Below, piece after piece: positions 19,237 through 27,350 of a stretch of 64,000 bases of DNA. The stretch's first letter is position 1, and the number at the start of each line of letters is the position of its first letter. The notes beneath the pieces were generated by a model. That model worked only from the letters and a program-made list of their open reading frames with translations. It did not search any database and was not told the DNA's origin. The stretch is from an uncultured Steroidobacteraceae bacterium (GTDB taxonomy: Bacteria; Pseudomonadota; Gammaproteobacteria; Steroidobacterales; Steroidobacteraceae). The stretch is from positions 119 through 64,118 of the forward strand of contig CAYVZE010000003.1 of the NCBI GenBank assembly GCA_964455685.1, given 5' to 3'. The position numbers and the translations under genes were made by a program.

Positions 19237-19545
19237 TTAAGGAGTCGGCCGGCCAGTGCCAATCTGGCGCTTCTGCTTCACCCCAGTGCCGATCTGGCGC
19301 TTCTGCTTCACGCCAGTACCGATCTGGCGCTTCTGCTTCACGCCAGTACCGATCTGGCGCTTCTGCTTCGTACCAGTGCCGATCTGGCGCAGAGACGTAG
19401 CGGTACCGAACGAGGAAACCGCCGAAGACTGCACAGAGGTTTCGAACAGGCCCTCCTGCTTCTCGCCAGCGACAGCGCTGACGCTGAGCGCGGAGGCAGC
19501 AATCAAAGAACCAGCGATGGCCAAAATCGAGAATATACGTGACAT
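19237..19545 (-). CDS. small secreted protein with tandem decapeptide repeats (QIGTG[VT]KQKR, 4.5 copies)
   Basis: ATG 19545 preceded by GGGAG (9-nt spacer). Sec-type signal peptide MSRIFSILAIAGSLIAASALSVSA-VAG. Has its own promoter-like element and terminator. Same orientation as the neighbours. Confidence 0.6.
   Translation of the reverse strand: MSRIFSILAIAGSLIAASALSVSAVAGEKQEGLFETSVQSSAVSSFGTATSLRQIGTGTKQKRQIGTGVKQKRQIGTGVKQKRQIGTGVKQKRQIGTGRPTP
19254..19390. repeat. tandem 30-bp direct repeat, 4.5 near-identical copies (cagtRccRatctggcgcttctgcttcRYRc)
   Basis: Read directly: units start at 19254, 19284, 19314 and 19344, with a partial unit at 19374. There are 1-4 substitutions per unit. 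The units are contiguous with no spacers. Confidence 0.95.
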
Positions 19546-19595
19546 AAGTTGAAACTCCCACACACCGTTCTTCTGGTCCCGGATGTCGCCGGTCC

Positions 19596-19627
19596 GTGAC
19601 GCGCGTCACATAAGGGACGGCTTATGT
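19596..19627. promoter_or_regulatory. two overlapping inverted repeats in the leader of the small gene (candidate operators or RNA hairpins)
   Basis: Perfect 14-bp palindrome GTGACGCGCGTCAC (19596..19609). ACATAAG-N6-CTTATGT (19608..19627). Both lie between the predicted -10 and the start codon. Confidence 0.4.
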
Positions 19628-19638
19628 AACGTTTCCCG

Positions 19639-19667
19639 AAAATATGTGAGCAGGATCACTATGTCAA
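19639..19667 (-). promoter_or_regulatory. sigma70-like promoter for the small repeat-protein gene
   Basis: The minus strand reads TTGACA (19667..19662), 17 nt, then TATTTT (19644..19639). It lies about 95 nt upstream of ATG 19545. Confidence 0.45.
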
Positions 19668-19691
19668 GGAGATATGTAAAGGCGGATTCTG

Positions 19692-20597
19692 TCAGGCCGG
19701 GGCCCGTGGCTTTGAAATCCAGGCCTTGGGCTGATCCTCCGGGCGTTTTTCGATATACGAAGAAAGGGGGGAGATGTCGTAGTCTTCAGCAATGTGGTGG
19801 AAGGCCGTGAGGCCCGTTGTCACTCGCTTGCCCGGCTCCGTCCAATGGACCTTGTTGCTGCTGATCCAGTCGTCAATGTCGTTGAGAAGCTTCTGGACCT
19901 TGTCTTTCAGGAGACCCTCAAATTCCGGGAGGACATACTCAGGAAGCTCATCCTCAATCACCGATCGCTGAAGCCTCTTTTGCCCAGTTTCAGACCTGAT
20001 GTTGTGCAGAATGGTGTTTGCGAGGTCGGTGATTGCGGAGCCGAAATATTCCAAAGCTTGGGGCGTTAGAACGTCCGTGAAAACCATTGTTCGCGCAGTA
20101 GCGCGATAGTGTTTTGGGCCGACGGGCTTAACCACTTCCCATTCGATCATGTCGCGCAACACAGCCTTGGGATTTGCGGTCGGATCGGCGCGAAATATGA
20201 GGGTGCTGAGGTTCTTACCTGGCGTTTCTTCCAAATCGAGCTCAAGCGGCAATCCATAAGGGCCAATGTAGTCGGGGTCTGTGCACCAAAGGAACAAGAC
20301 TTCCGAAACAACGGCCGCATTGGTCGGTTCCGGCGGCGCCAACAAACTCTGGTCATCTATAAACCTGTTCACATCCGCCAACGGAACCTCGGTGTAATCC
20401 GAAACCATCGCCCGCGTCAGCGGCCCCTGGTGCCCGCGGATCCCGTCCCTCACTGCGGCCTCCACGTAGGCGCCCTTCAGCACCTCCCGGAACTCCTGGT
20501 ACGAGACTCCCGCGCGCAGCAGGATGCGGATCATCGGCTTCAGGATCTTCCGGAACGAGAAGATCAGCTGCGCACGGGCGGCATCGCGTAGACGCAT
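19692..20597 (-). CDS. hypothetical protein, island paralogue C (HTH/winged-helix-like family; DUF6502-like from memory, unverified)
   Basis: ATG 20597, 3 nt after the dgt stop, with AGGAG inside the last dgt codons. LLRAGVSYQEFREVLKGAYVEAA, LWCTDPDYI..LPLELDL, and winged-helix-like VLRDMIEWEVVKPVGPKHYRA. The first about 66 codons are high-G+C; the rest is low-G+C. Confidence 0.6.
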   Translation of the reverse strand: MRLRDAARAQLIFSFRKILKPMIRILLRAGVSYQEFREVLKGAYVEAAVRDGIRGHQGPLTRAMVSDYTEVPLADVNRFIDDQSLLAPPEPTNAAVVSEVLFLWCTDPDYIGPYGLPLELDLEETPGKNLSTLIFRADPTANPKAVLRDMIEWEVVKPVGPKHYRATARTMVFTDVLTPQALEYFGSAITDLANTILHNIRSETGQKRLQRSVIEDELPEYVLPEFEGLLKDKVQKLLNDIDDWISSNKVHWTEPGKRVTTGLTAFHHIAEDYDISPLSSYIEKRPEDQPKAWISKPRAPA

Positions 20598-20600
20598 GTT

Positions 20601-21752
20601 TCAACTCCTGTGGAAAGGCAGGAACAGCCGCTCGTGCTCGCTGATGGCGTAGCGGTCCGTCATGCCGGCCACGTAATCGGCCACCGCACGGGCGCGGCCG
20701 GCGGGACCGTGTCGGGACTCCAGCCGCTGCGCGGCGGCGCGGTGCTCGTCGGGCATCAGCAGGAGATCCTCCATGAATGCATTGAACAGGTCGGTGACCA
20801 CGGTGCGCGCCTTGCTGGTCATGCGGCGCACGCGGTAGTGGCGGTACAGGTGCTCGCGCAGGAAGGCCTTGAGTTCCAGGTGCTCGGCGTAGGCGGCCTC
20901 GCTCATGCGGATCAGGGGTTCGCCATGGGCACGCACGGCATCGGCATCGGCCGGGCCAGCCTCCTCGAGCAGCTTGCGGCTGTTGTCGATCAGGTCGACG
21001 ACCATGCCGTTGATCATCCGGCGCACCACCTCGTGTACCAGCCGCCGCCCGGCAAGGCCGGGATGCAGCTTTTCCACCGCGTGCAGCTGGCGCCCGAATA
21101 CGGGCACGTCGCGCAGCTGGGCGATGTCCAGCAAGCCGGCGCGCAGGCCGTCGTCCACGTCGTGGTTGTTGTAGGCGATCTCGTCGGCGAGGTTGGAGAG
21201 CTGGGCCTCCAGGCTCGGCTGGCGCCGCTCGATGAAGCGCCGGCCGAGCTCGCCGAGCTGCCGCGCATTGTTCAGCGAACAGTGTTTGAGGATGCCCTCG
21301 CGGCACTCGAAGGTGAGGTTGAGGCCGGGAAACGTGGCATAGCGCTCCTCGAGCTCATCCACCACGCGCAGCGACTGGAGGTTGTGCTCGAACCCGCCGT
21401 AGTCGCGCATGCAGGCATTGAGGGCGTCCTGGCCAGCATGACCGAAGGGCGTGTGCCCGAGGTCATGGGCCAGGCAGATGGCCTCGGTCAGCACTTCGTT
21501 GAGGCCGAGCGCCACGGCGACGGAGCGGCCGATCTGGGCCACTTCCATCGAGTGGGTGAGGCGCGTGCGGTACATGTCGCCTTCGTGGTTGACGAAGACC
21601 TGCGTCTTGTAGACGAGCCGGCGGAACGCGCCGGAATGCACGATGCGGTCGCGGTCGCGCTGGTACTCGCTGCGATAGCGCGGCGGCTCTTCCGGATACC
21701 TGCGCCCCCTGGACCGCTCGTCGTGCGATGCGTACCGGGCCAGCATGGTCAT
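20601..21752 (-). CDS. dgt: deoxyguanosinetriphosphate triphosphohydrolase-like HD-domain protein
   Basis: ATG 21752 ([17 protein letters not shown]) overlaps the aroB stop. [52 protein letters not shown]. Confidence 0.85.
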   Translation of the reverse strand: MTMLARYASHDERSRGRRYPEEPPRYRSEYQRDRDRIVHSGAFRRLVYKTQVFVNHEGDMYRTRLTHSMEVAQIGRSVAVALGLNEVLTEAICLAHDLGHTPFGHAGQDALNACMRDYGGFEHNLQSLRVVDELEERYATFPGLNLTFECREGILKHCSLNNARQLGELGRRFIERRQPSLEAQLSNLADEIAYNNHDVDDGLRAGLLDIAQLRDVPVFGRQLHAVEKLHPGLAGRRLVHEVVRRMINGMVVDLIDNSRKLLEEAGPADADAVRAHGEPLIRMSEAAYAEHLELKAFLREHLYRHYRVRRMTSKARTVVTDLFNAFMEDLLLMPDEHRAAAQRLESRHGPAGRARAVADYVAGMTDRYAISEHERLFLPFHRS

Positions 21753-22852
21753 CAGCCGAAGTGGGCCGCCAGGGTGGATTCGAGCGCGTCGTCGGCGTAG
21801 TCGGCGGTGAAGCGCGCTGCGCCAAGCCGCTCCAGGAGCACCAGGCGGATGCGGCCGGATTTCACCTTCTTGTCCACGCGCATGTAGTCCAGCGCCCTTG
21901 CGACGCCAAAGCGCGGCGGATCCACCGGCAGGCCGATGCGCACCAGCAGGTCGCGAACGCGGCGCACGTCCTCCTGCCGGAGCAGGCCCAGGCGTGCGGA
22001 CATGTCCGCGGCGATGACCATGCCGGCGGCCACGGCCTCGCCGTGCAGCCACTCGGTGTAGCCGGTGGCGGTCTCGATGGCATGGCCGAAGGTGTGGCCG
22101 AGGTTCAGCAGCGCACGGTCGCCTGACTCGCGCTCATCGCGGCGCACCACGTCGGCCTTCAGCTCGCAGGAACGGTAGATGGCATGCGAAAGGGCCTCGT
22201 CGTCCAGCTGCAGCAGCCGCTCGACATTGGCCTCGATCCACTCCAGGAAGGCCAGGTCGAAGATCAGGCCGTACTTGACCACCTCGGCCAGGCCGGCGCG
22301 CAGCTCGCGCGGTGGCAGGGTGCGCAGGGTGGCGGTGTCGGCAACCACCGCGCAGGGCTGGTGGAACGCGCCGATCATGTTCTTGCCGCCGGGGTGGTTC
22401 ACGCCGGTCTTGCCACCCACGGAGGAGTCCACCTGGGCCAGCAGCGTGGTCGGCAGCTGCGCGAAGGCCACGCCGCGCTGGTAGCAGGCGGCCGCGAAGC
22501 CGGCCAGGTCGCCCACCACGCCACCGCCCAGGGCCACGAACACGCAGTCGCGGCCGAAACGGTTGGCGATGGCAACGTCCAGCACCTGCTGCATGGACTC
22601 CAGCGTCTTGTACTGCTCGCCGTCGGGCAGGCGGACGTCGACCACGCGGCGGTCGGCCAGTGCGTCCTTCACCTGCCTGGCGTACAGCGGCGCCACGGTG
22701 GTGTTGCTTACCAGCAGCACGTCGCGCGCGGGCAGCAGGCGCGCCAGCTGGCTGCCGTCGGCAAGCAGGCCGGGGCCGATCAGGATGGGATAGGAGCGTT
22801 CGCCCAGGGAGACGTTGAGATTCAGCACGCGGGAATTATAGGCCGCGCTCAC
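21752..22852 (-). CDS. aroB: 3-dehydroquinate synthase
   Basis: GTG 22852 overlaps the aroK stop. [70 protein letters not shown]. The 570-aa listed ORF is an out-of-frame upstream extension across aroK. Confidence 0.9.
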   Translation of the reverse strand: MSAAYNSRVLNLNVSLGERSYPILIGPGLLADGSQLARLLPARDVLLVSNTTVAPLYARQVKDALADRRVVDVRLPDGEQYKTLESMQQVLDVAIANRFGRDCVFVALGGGVVGDLAGFAAACYQRGVAFAQLPTTLLAQVDSSVGGKTGVNHPGGKNMIGAFHQPCAVVADTATLRTLPPRELRAGLAEVVKYGLIFDLAFLEWIEANVERLLQLDDEALSHAIYRSCELKADVVRRDERESGDRALLNLGHTFGHAIETATGYTEWLHGEAVAAGMVIAADMSARLGLLRQEDVRRVRDLLVRIGLPVDPPRFGVARALDYMRVDKKVKSGRIRLVLLERLGAARFTADYADDALESTLAAHFG

Positions 22853-23406
22853 TGCCCGCGCCGCCGCTGCACCTCGCCAGGCTTGCGCCAGCCCAGTTCG
22901 CGCAGGATCAGGTCGGCCACGCGCGGGACGCGCCGGCCGTCGGTGCAGACGGTGACGTCGGCGGTCTCCATGTACAGGGGCTCGCGGATGGCGCGCAGCT
23001 GTTCGAGCTTGGCCTGCAGCCCTTCCGGGCTGCCCTTCAGCAGCGGCCGCCCGCGCCCGCTGCCCACGCGCTGCAGCTGGTGCGGGATCGAGGTCTGCAG
23101 GAACACCACCACCCCGGTCTGCTTCAGCAGCTGGCGGTTGGCCGGGTCGAGGATGGCCCCGCCGCCGGTGGCCAGCACAATGGGCTCGCGCGTGCACAGC
23201 TCCACCAGCGCCTGGTGTTCGCGCTTGCGGAAGCCGGCCTCCCCCTCCTCGTCGAAGATGTAAGGAATGTCCACGCCGGCGACACGCTCGATCTCGGCAT
23301 CGCTGTCGAAGAACGGGATTCCCAGCACGCGGCCGAGGTGCTTGCCCACGGCGGTCTTGCCGGTACCCATGGGGCCGATCAGGTAGAGGTTGCGCTTGCC
23401 GAGCAT
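22849..23406 (-). CDS. aroK: shikimate kinase
   Basis: MLGKRNLYLIGPMGTGKTAVGK (Walker A), FFDSD, ATGGGAI. ATG 23406 is preferred over 23427 by comparison with typical AroK N-termini. Confidence 0.9.
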   Translation of the reverse strand: MLGKRNLYLIGPMGTGKTAVGKHLGRVLGIPFFDSDAEIERVAGVDIPYIFDEEGEAGFRKREHQALVELCTREPIVLATGGGAILDPANRQLLKQTGVVVFLQTSIPHQLQRVGSGRGRPLLKGSPEGLQAKLEQLRAIREPLYMETADVTVCTDGRRVPRVADLILRELGWRKPGEVQRRRGQ

Positions 23407-23481
23407 CGGACCGCGATGATGCCGCAAAACGCAAACGGCCGCCCGGAGGCGGCCGTCGCGGCAAGCGGGGGAGCGGGATCC

Positions 23482-25614
23482 TCAGCGGACCGACGCACCC
23501 TCGCGCAGGATCTTCGGGGTCACGAAGATCAGCAGCTCGTCCTTGTTGTTCACGCGGTCGGTGCTGCGGAACAGGTTGCCGAGCAGCGGCACGTCGCCCA
23601 GCAGCGGCACCTTCTTCACGGTCTCGCGACGCTCGGTCTCGAGGATGCCGCCCAGCACCACGGTCTGGCCGTCGTTCACCACCACGCGGGTGGTGATCTC
23701 GCTGGAGTCGATCGACGGGATCTGGCCGCCGCCGATGCCGACCACGAACTGGCCGACGCGCTCCTTGACCACGGTGATGTCCAGGATCAGGCGGTTGTCA
23801 GGCGTGATCAGCGGGGTCACCGACAGCGAGGTCTTGGCGTCCTTGAACGACACCGAGGTCGCGCCGCTGGAGGCAGCTTCCTGGTAGGGAATCTCGGAAC
23901 CCTGCGCGATCAGGGCCTGCTGCTGGTTGGCCACGATCAGGCTCGGGGAGGAGATCACCTCGCCATGGCCCTCGTTCTGGGCCGCGGACAGCTCCAGGTC
24001 GAGCAGGTAGTCGCTGCCCAGCACCATGAAGGCGATGCTGCCGGCCGGGTTGGCCACGGGCAGGTTCACGTTGTAGCGGCTGGGCGCGAACGGCGCACCA
24101 CCCGGGAACGGGGCGCCGGAGCCGAGAATGTCCTCGTTGGCCAGGGCCGAACCCGTGGAGGAGATGAAGCCGTCGCCGGTGGCCTCGACGCCGGTGGCGC
24201 CGAAACGCACGCCCAGCTGGCGCTGGAAGTCCTCGCTCACGGCCACGATGCGGGCCTCGATGCGCACCTGGCGCACCGGGATGTCCAGCTGCGAGACCAG
24301 GTCACGGATCGCGCTGATGCTCTCGGCGGTGTCCTGGATCAGCAGCGCGTTCAGGCCCGGGTACACCGACACGTTGCCGCGCGGGGACAGCAGCGAGCCG
24401 GTACCCTGCGAGCGGATCAGCGTGGCCAGGTCCGAGGCCTTGGCGAAGTTCACCTGCACGACCTCGGTACGCAGCGGAGCCAGCTCCTGCACCTCCTGGC
24501 GGGCCGCCAGCTCGGCCTTCTCGCGGGCGGCCAGCTGGGCGGTGGGCCCGATGATGATGGCGTTGTCATGCACGCGCTTGTCCAGGCCCTTCAGGCGCAG
24601 GACGATGTCCAGCACCTGGTCCCAGGGCAGGCTCTCGAAGCGCAGCGTGACGCTGCCGGACACCGAGTCGTCCACGAAGATGTTGCGGCCGCTCGTCTCG
24701 CCGATCAGCGACAGCAGCGTGCGGACCGGGATGTCCTGGAAGTTGGCGCTCATGCGCTCGCCGGTATAGGTCGGGCGGTCGGCCACGGTGGCGCGCGGCT
24801 GGCGACGCGGCTGCACCTCGATGACGTACTGGTCCTCGGCCTGGTAGGCGAGCTGCTCGAAGTCGCCGGAGGCATTGATCAGCAGCTGGGCGCCGTTCGG
24901 CGTGCTCAGCGCATCGAAGCCGGTCACCGGGGTGGCGAAGTCGGTCACGTCGAAGCGGCGGCGCAGCTCGGCGGGCAGGTCGGCGCCGACGAAGTCGACG
25001 ATGATCTGGTTGCCCTGCTGGCGCAGGTTCACCGGGGTGCGCGGGTCACCCAGGCGCACCACCAGCCGGCCGGCGCCCGAGGCGTCACCCGAGCGACGGA
25101 AGTCGATGGTCTGGATGCCCCGGCCCATGCGCGGCAGGGGCGCGGAGGTCGAGGCCGGCTCGGCGGGGGCGGCGGCTGCAACGGGCAGGGCCGCGCCGGC
25201 ACCGGCGGCGGCACCCAGCGTCACGAAGATGCGGTTGCCTTCCACGCGCGAGGCGTAGGGCAGCGACTGGTCGAGGTTCAGCACCACGCGGGTGCGGCCG
25301 TCGGCCTCGGCGAACAGCACGCTGTCCAGGCCGTTGCTGCGCACGTCGATGCGTCGCTGCGTGACGCCCAGCGCGGTGTCCTGCAGGGTCAGGGAGATGC
25401 GCGCCGGGTTCTCGATGGCGAAGGCATGGGGCTCGGGGGCATCCGCGCTGGTGGTCAGCACCAGCTGCACGCCCTGCGTGCCCAGGGGCTGCACGTCCAC
25501 CGACTGCAGCGTGTTGCCGCCCTGTGCGGCCATGACGCCCGGAGCGGCGATGATGGCCAGCGCCGCCAGCAGCATGCCGCGCAACGTCGGGGTTATGGCG
25601 ATACTACGGTTCAT
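23482..25614 (-). CDS. pilQ: type IV pilus secretin PilQ
   Basis: ATG 25614 with GGAGA 7 nt upstream. Signal peptide, AMIN-like N-terminal repeats, and a secretin C-terminal domain (VPLLGDVPLLGNLFR..ELLIFVTPKI). Follows pilMNOP. Confidence 0.9.
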   Translation of the reverse strand: MNRSIAITPTLRGMLLAALAIIAAPGVMAAQGGNTLQSVDVQPLGTQGVQLVLTTSADAPEPHAFAIENPARISLTLQDTALGVTQRRIDVRSNGLDSVLFAEADGRTRVVLNLDQSLPYASRVEGNRIFVTLGAAAGAGAALPVAAAAPAEPASTSAPLPRMGRGIQTIDFRRSGDASGAGRLVVRLGDPRTPVNLRQQGNQIIVDFVGADLPAELRRRFDVTDFATPVTGFDALSTPNGAQLLINASGDFEQLAYQAEDQYVIEVQPRRQPRATVADRPTYTGERMSANFQDIPVRTLLSLIGETSGRNIFVDDSVSGSVTLRFESLPWDQVLDIVLRLKGLDKRVHDNAIIIGPTAQLAAREKAELAARQEVQELAPLRTEVVQVNFAKASDLATLIRSQGTGSLLSPRGNVSVYPGLNALLIQDTAESISAIRDLVSQLDIPVRQVRIEARIVAVSEDFQRQLGVRFGATGVEATGDGFISSTGSALANEDILGSGAPFPGGAPFAPSRYNVNLPVANPAGSIAFMVLGSDYLLDLELSAAQNEGHGEVISSPSLIVANQQQALIAQGSEIPYQEAASSGATSVSFKDAKTSLSVTPLITPDNRLILDITVVKERVGQFVVGIGGGQIPSIDSSEITTRVVVNDGQTVVLGGILETERRETVKKVPLLGDVPLLGNLFRSTDRVNNKDELLIFVTPKILREGASVR

Positions 25615-25631
25615 TCGAATGTCTCCTGCCA

Positions 25632-26123
25632 TCATTCGGCCAAGGCCAGCGAGGCCGGGCGCTCCATGAATCCACCAAGTCCGTCGGGCACAATCTCGAT
25701 GATGCTGATGCGCGAGGGTTCCACGCTGGTGATGCGACCCTCGTTCTGGCCCAGGTGATTGCCCGGCAGCACGCGGTGAACGATGCCATCGCGGGTCTTC
25801 ACCAGGCCGTAATTGCGGCCACCGATGTACATCGTGCCCACCATCTGCAGCGTGTCGAGCGGGAACTGCTCGAGGTGCTCGCGGTTGCGGGAGCTGTTCG
25901 GGCGGACACGGCTCGATTCACCCGAGCCCCCCGGCACGAACGGCGAGCGCAGGTGCTGGGCGGTGTACGCGAAGCTCTCATAGGGCTTGATCTGCGGGAG
26001 CTGCTCGATGCCGGTGGGCTGCTCCTGCTTCGTCTGGGCGATGAAACGCCTCAGGTCCTCGTCCTTCGACGAGCAGCCGGCAGCCAGCGCCAGCGCCAGC
26101 AATGGGATTGCCTTTCTGATCAT
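25632..26123 (-). CDS. pilP: type IV pilus lipoprotein PilP
   Basis: Lipobox LALAAGCSS. Size and position between pilO and pilQ. ATGA overlap with pilO. Confidence 0.8.
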   Translation of the reverse strand: MIRKAIPLLALALAAGCSSKDEDLRRFIAQTKQEQPTGIEQLPQIKPYESFAYTAQHLRSPFVPGGSGESSRVRPNSSRNREHLEQFPLDTLQMVGTMYIGGRNYGLVKTRDGIVHRVLPGNHLGQNEGRITSVEPSRISIIEIVPDGLGGFMERPASLALAE

Positions 26124-26770
26124 TGCTGCCTGCGGTTGCGGTTACGGTTGTTGCGGTTCTGCTCGGCCGTGCGGGCCGCAACCTCTTCTTCGTCGAGGTA
26201 GCGGTAGGTGCGCGCGGTCACATCCATCTGCAGCTGGTCGAAGCCGGCATTGCGCGGCGCGGAGATCGACACGTCGTGCAGCGTCACGATGCGCGGCAGG
26301 GCGGCGATGGTGCTGACGAATTCCGCCAGCTGGTGGTAGCTGCCGCGGACGCGGATCTTGATCGGCTGCTCGGCATAGAAGTCGCGCAGCACCTCGCTCT
26401 GCGGCTGGAACAGGTCCTGCGTCACCACGCCGCTGCCGGCCTGGGAGATGTCGTTGAGCAGCCCGGGCATCTCGGTGCGGCCCGGCAGCTGCCGCAGCAT
26501 GGCGCCGAAGGAAGCCTCGATGTCGGCAAGCTGCTGCTTGTACAGGTCGAGGTTCACGGCCTTGGCATGCTTGGACCGGAACTCTTCGCGCAGGGTCACT
26601 TCCTCGCGCTCCAGCCGGGCCAGTTCATCCTTGCTGCGGTTCCAGACCATGAACCACACCAGGAACGCGCTGGCGATCACGAAGAAAATCGCGATCACGC
26701 CGGCGCGGACCGGCAGAGGCCAGCGGCCCGGATCCTTCCAGTCGATCTGCTTGAGTTCGTCGAGGGTCAT
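26120..26770 (-). CDS. pilO: type IV pilus alignment protein PilO
   Basis: Single N-terminal TM (VRAGVIAIFFVIASAFLVWFMVW), a coiled-coil, then an alpha/beta domain. Operon position. Confidence 0.8.
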   Translation of the reverse strand: MTLDELKQIDWKDPGRWPLPVRAGVIAIFFVIASAFLVWFMVWNRSKDELARLEREEVTLREEFRSKHAKAVNLDLYKQQLADIEASFGAMLRQLPGRTEMPGLLNDISQAGSGVVTQDLFQPQSEVLRDFYAEQPIKIRVRGSYHQLAEFVSTIAALPRIVTLHDVSISAPRNAGFDQLQMDVTARTYRYLDEEEVAARTAEQNRNNRNRNRRQQ

Positions 26771-26785
26771 GGGGTGTCCTGCGGC

Positions 26786-27349
26786 CTATTTGCGGGACGC
26801 ACGCGCCGGGGCGGCCTGCGGGGCCGGGGCCTGGCCCGCCACCTGTTCCGCGTTCATCGTGAAGTTGGTGCCCTGGAGCACCTCGATCGCGGGCTTGGTC
26901 AGCCACTCGGACGATTCGATCGCGCGCATGAAGTTCGACACGCGCGTGGCCGACTGGGTGACACCGGTCAGCTTGATGCGCCGGCCGGTCTGCTGCAGCG
27001 AGGTCAGGTAGACGCCGTCCGGGATGATCCTCGCGAAGGTGTCGAAGATGTGCACGATCTCCGGACGCGAGCGCTGCAGCGTCTCGATGATCTGCATGCG
27101 CGCGATCAGCTGCTGCTTCTGCTGGTCGAGGCTGTTGATCTCCTCGATCTTCTTGTCCAGCTCGCGGATCTCGGCACGCAGCAGGTTGTTGCGGCCGCGC
27201 TGCGAATCCATCATCTGGTTCATCAGGAACCACGCCACGCCGGCCACGGCGAGTGCGCCGACGAGCGCACCGAACATGCCGACGGCAAACGCCTTCTTGC
27301 GCTCGAGGCGCTGCTGTTCACGCCAGGGAAGCAGGTTTATGCGAGGCAT
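26786..27349 (-). CDS. pilN: type IV pilus alignment protein PilN
   Basis: The conserved N-terminus MPRINLLPWRE, which binds PilM in characterised systems. One TM. Operon position. Confidence 0.8.
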   Translation of the reverse strand: MPRINLLPWREQQRLERKKAFAVGMFGALVGALAVAGVAWFLMNQMMDSQRGRNNLLRAEIRELDKKIEEINSLDQQKQQLIARMQIIETLQRSRPEIVHIFDTFARIIPDGVYLTSLQQTGRRIKLTGVTQSATRVSNFMRAIESSEWLTKPAIEVLQGTNFTMNAEQVAGQAPAPQAAPARASRK

Positions 27350-27350
27350 G

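Noticed and set aside
19254-19390. Possible CRISPR array (regular 30-bp repeats).
   Set aside because: The units are contiguous with no spacers, lie inside a coding frame, and no cas genes or leader are present. This is a coding tandem repeat.
19256-19552. Plus-strand ORF across the 30-bp repeats, encoding (PIWRFCFTPV)x4. It would be a striking Trp/Cys-rich multi-core peptide. An AAGGAG lies 11 nt before its GTG.
   Set aside because: The opposite strand has a canonical signal peptide, a well-spaced SD, a TTGACA-17-TATTTT promoter, a hairpin plus T-run terminator, and the same orientation as all neighbours. The plus-strand ORF has none of these, and no modifying enzyme is nearby. The AAGGAG is simply the complement of the last minus-strand codons (ACT CCT TAA). 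It is kept only as an alternative to test by ribosome profiling.
17429-20597. Calling the low-G+C island a mobile element, prophage remnant or defence island.
   Set aside because: No integrase, transposase, tRNA, terminal inverted or direct repeats, phage genes or recognisable defence domains (nuclease, ATPase, RT, TIR, etc.) are visible. Only compositional evidence supports foreign origin.
20601-21752. dGTPase as an anti-phage nucleotide-depletion gene adjacent to the island.
   Set aside because: It is translationally coupled to aroB within the aroK-aroB unit and has host-like G+C. That is the hallmark of a housekeeping dgt-like gene rather than a defence cassette. It cannot be excluded without phylogeny.
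21752-23464. A single 570-aa ORF suggesting a fused AroK-AroB-like protein. Also the long N-terminal extensions of ORFs 7401..9218, 40389..42386, 14763..15755, 11075..11980 and 20601..22052.
   Set aside because: The extensions are in a different frame from the upstream genes or antisense to neighbours, and they lack homology-like motifs. Internal ATG or GTG starts sit at classic stop/start overlaps, or with SD sequences, and give proteins of normal length.
23080-25758. 892-aa plus-strand ORF.
   Set aside because: Antisense shadow of pilQ and aroK. No motifs, and an Arg/Gly/Ala-biased composition.
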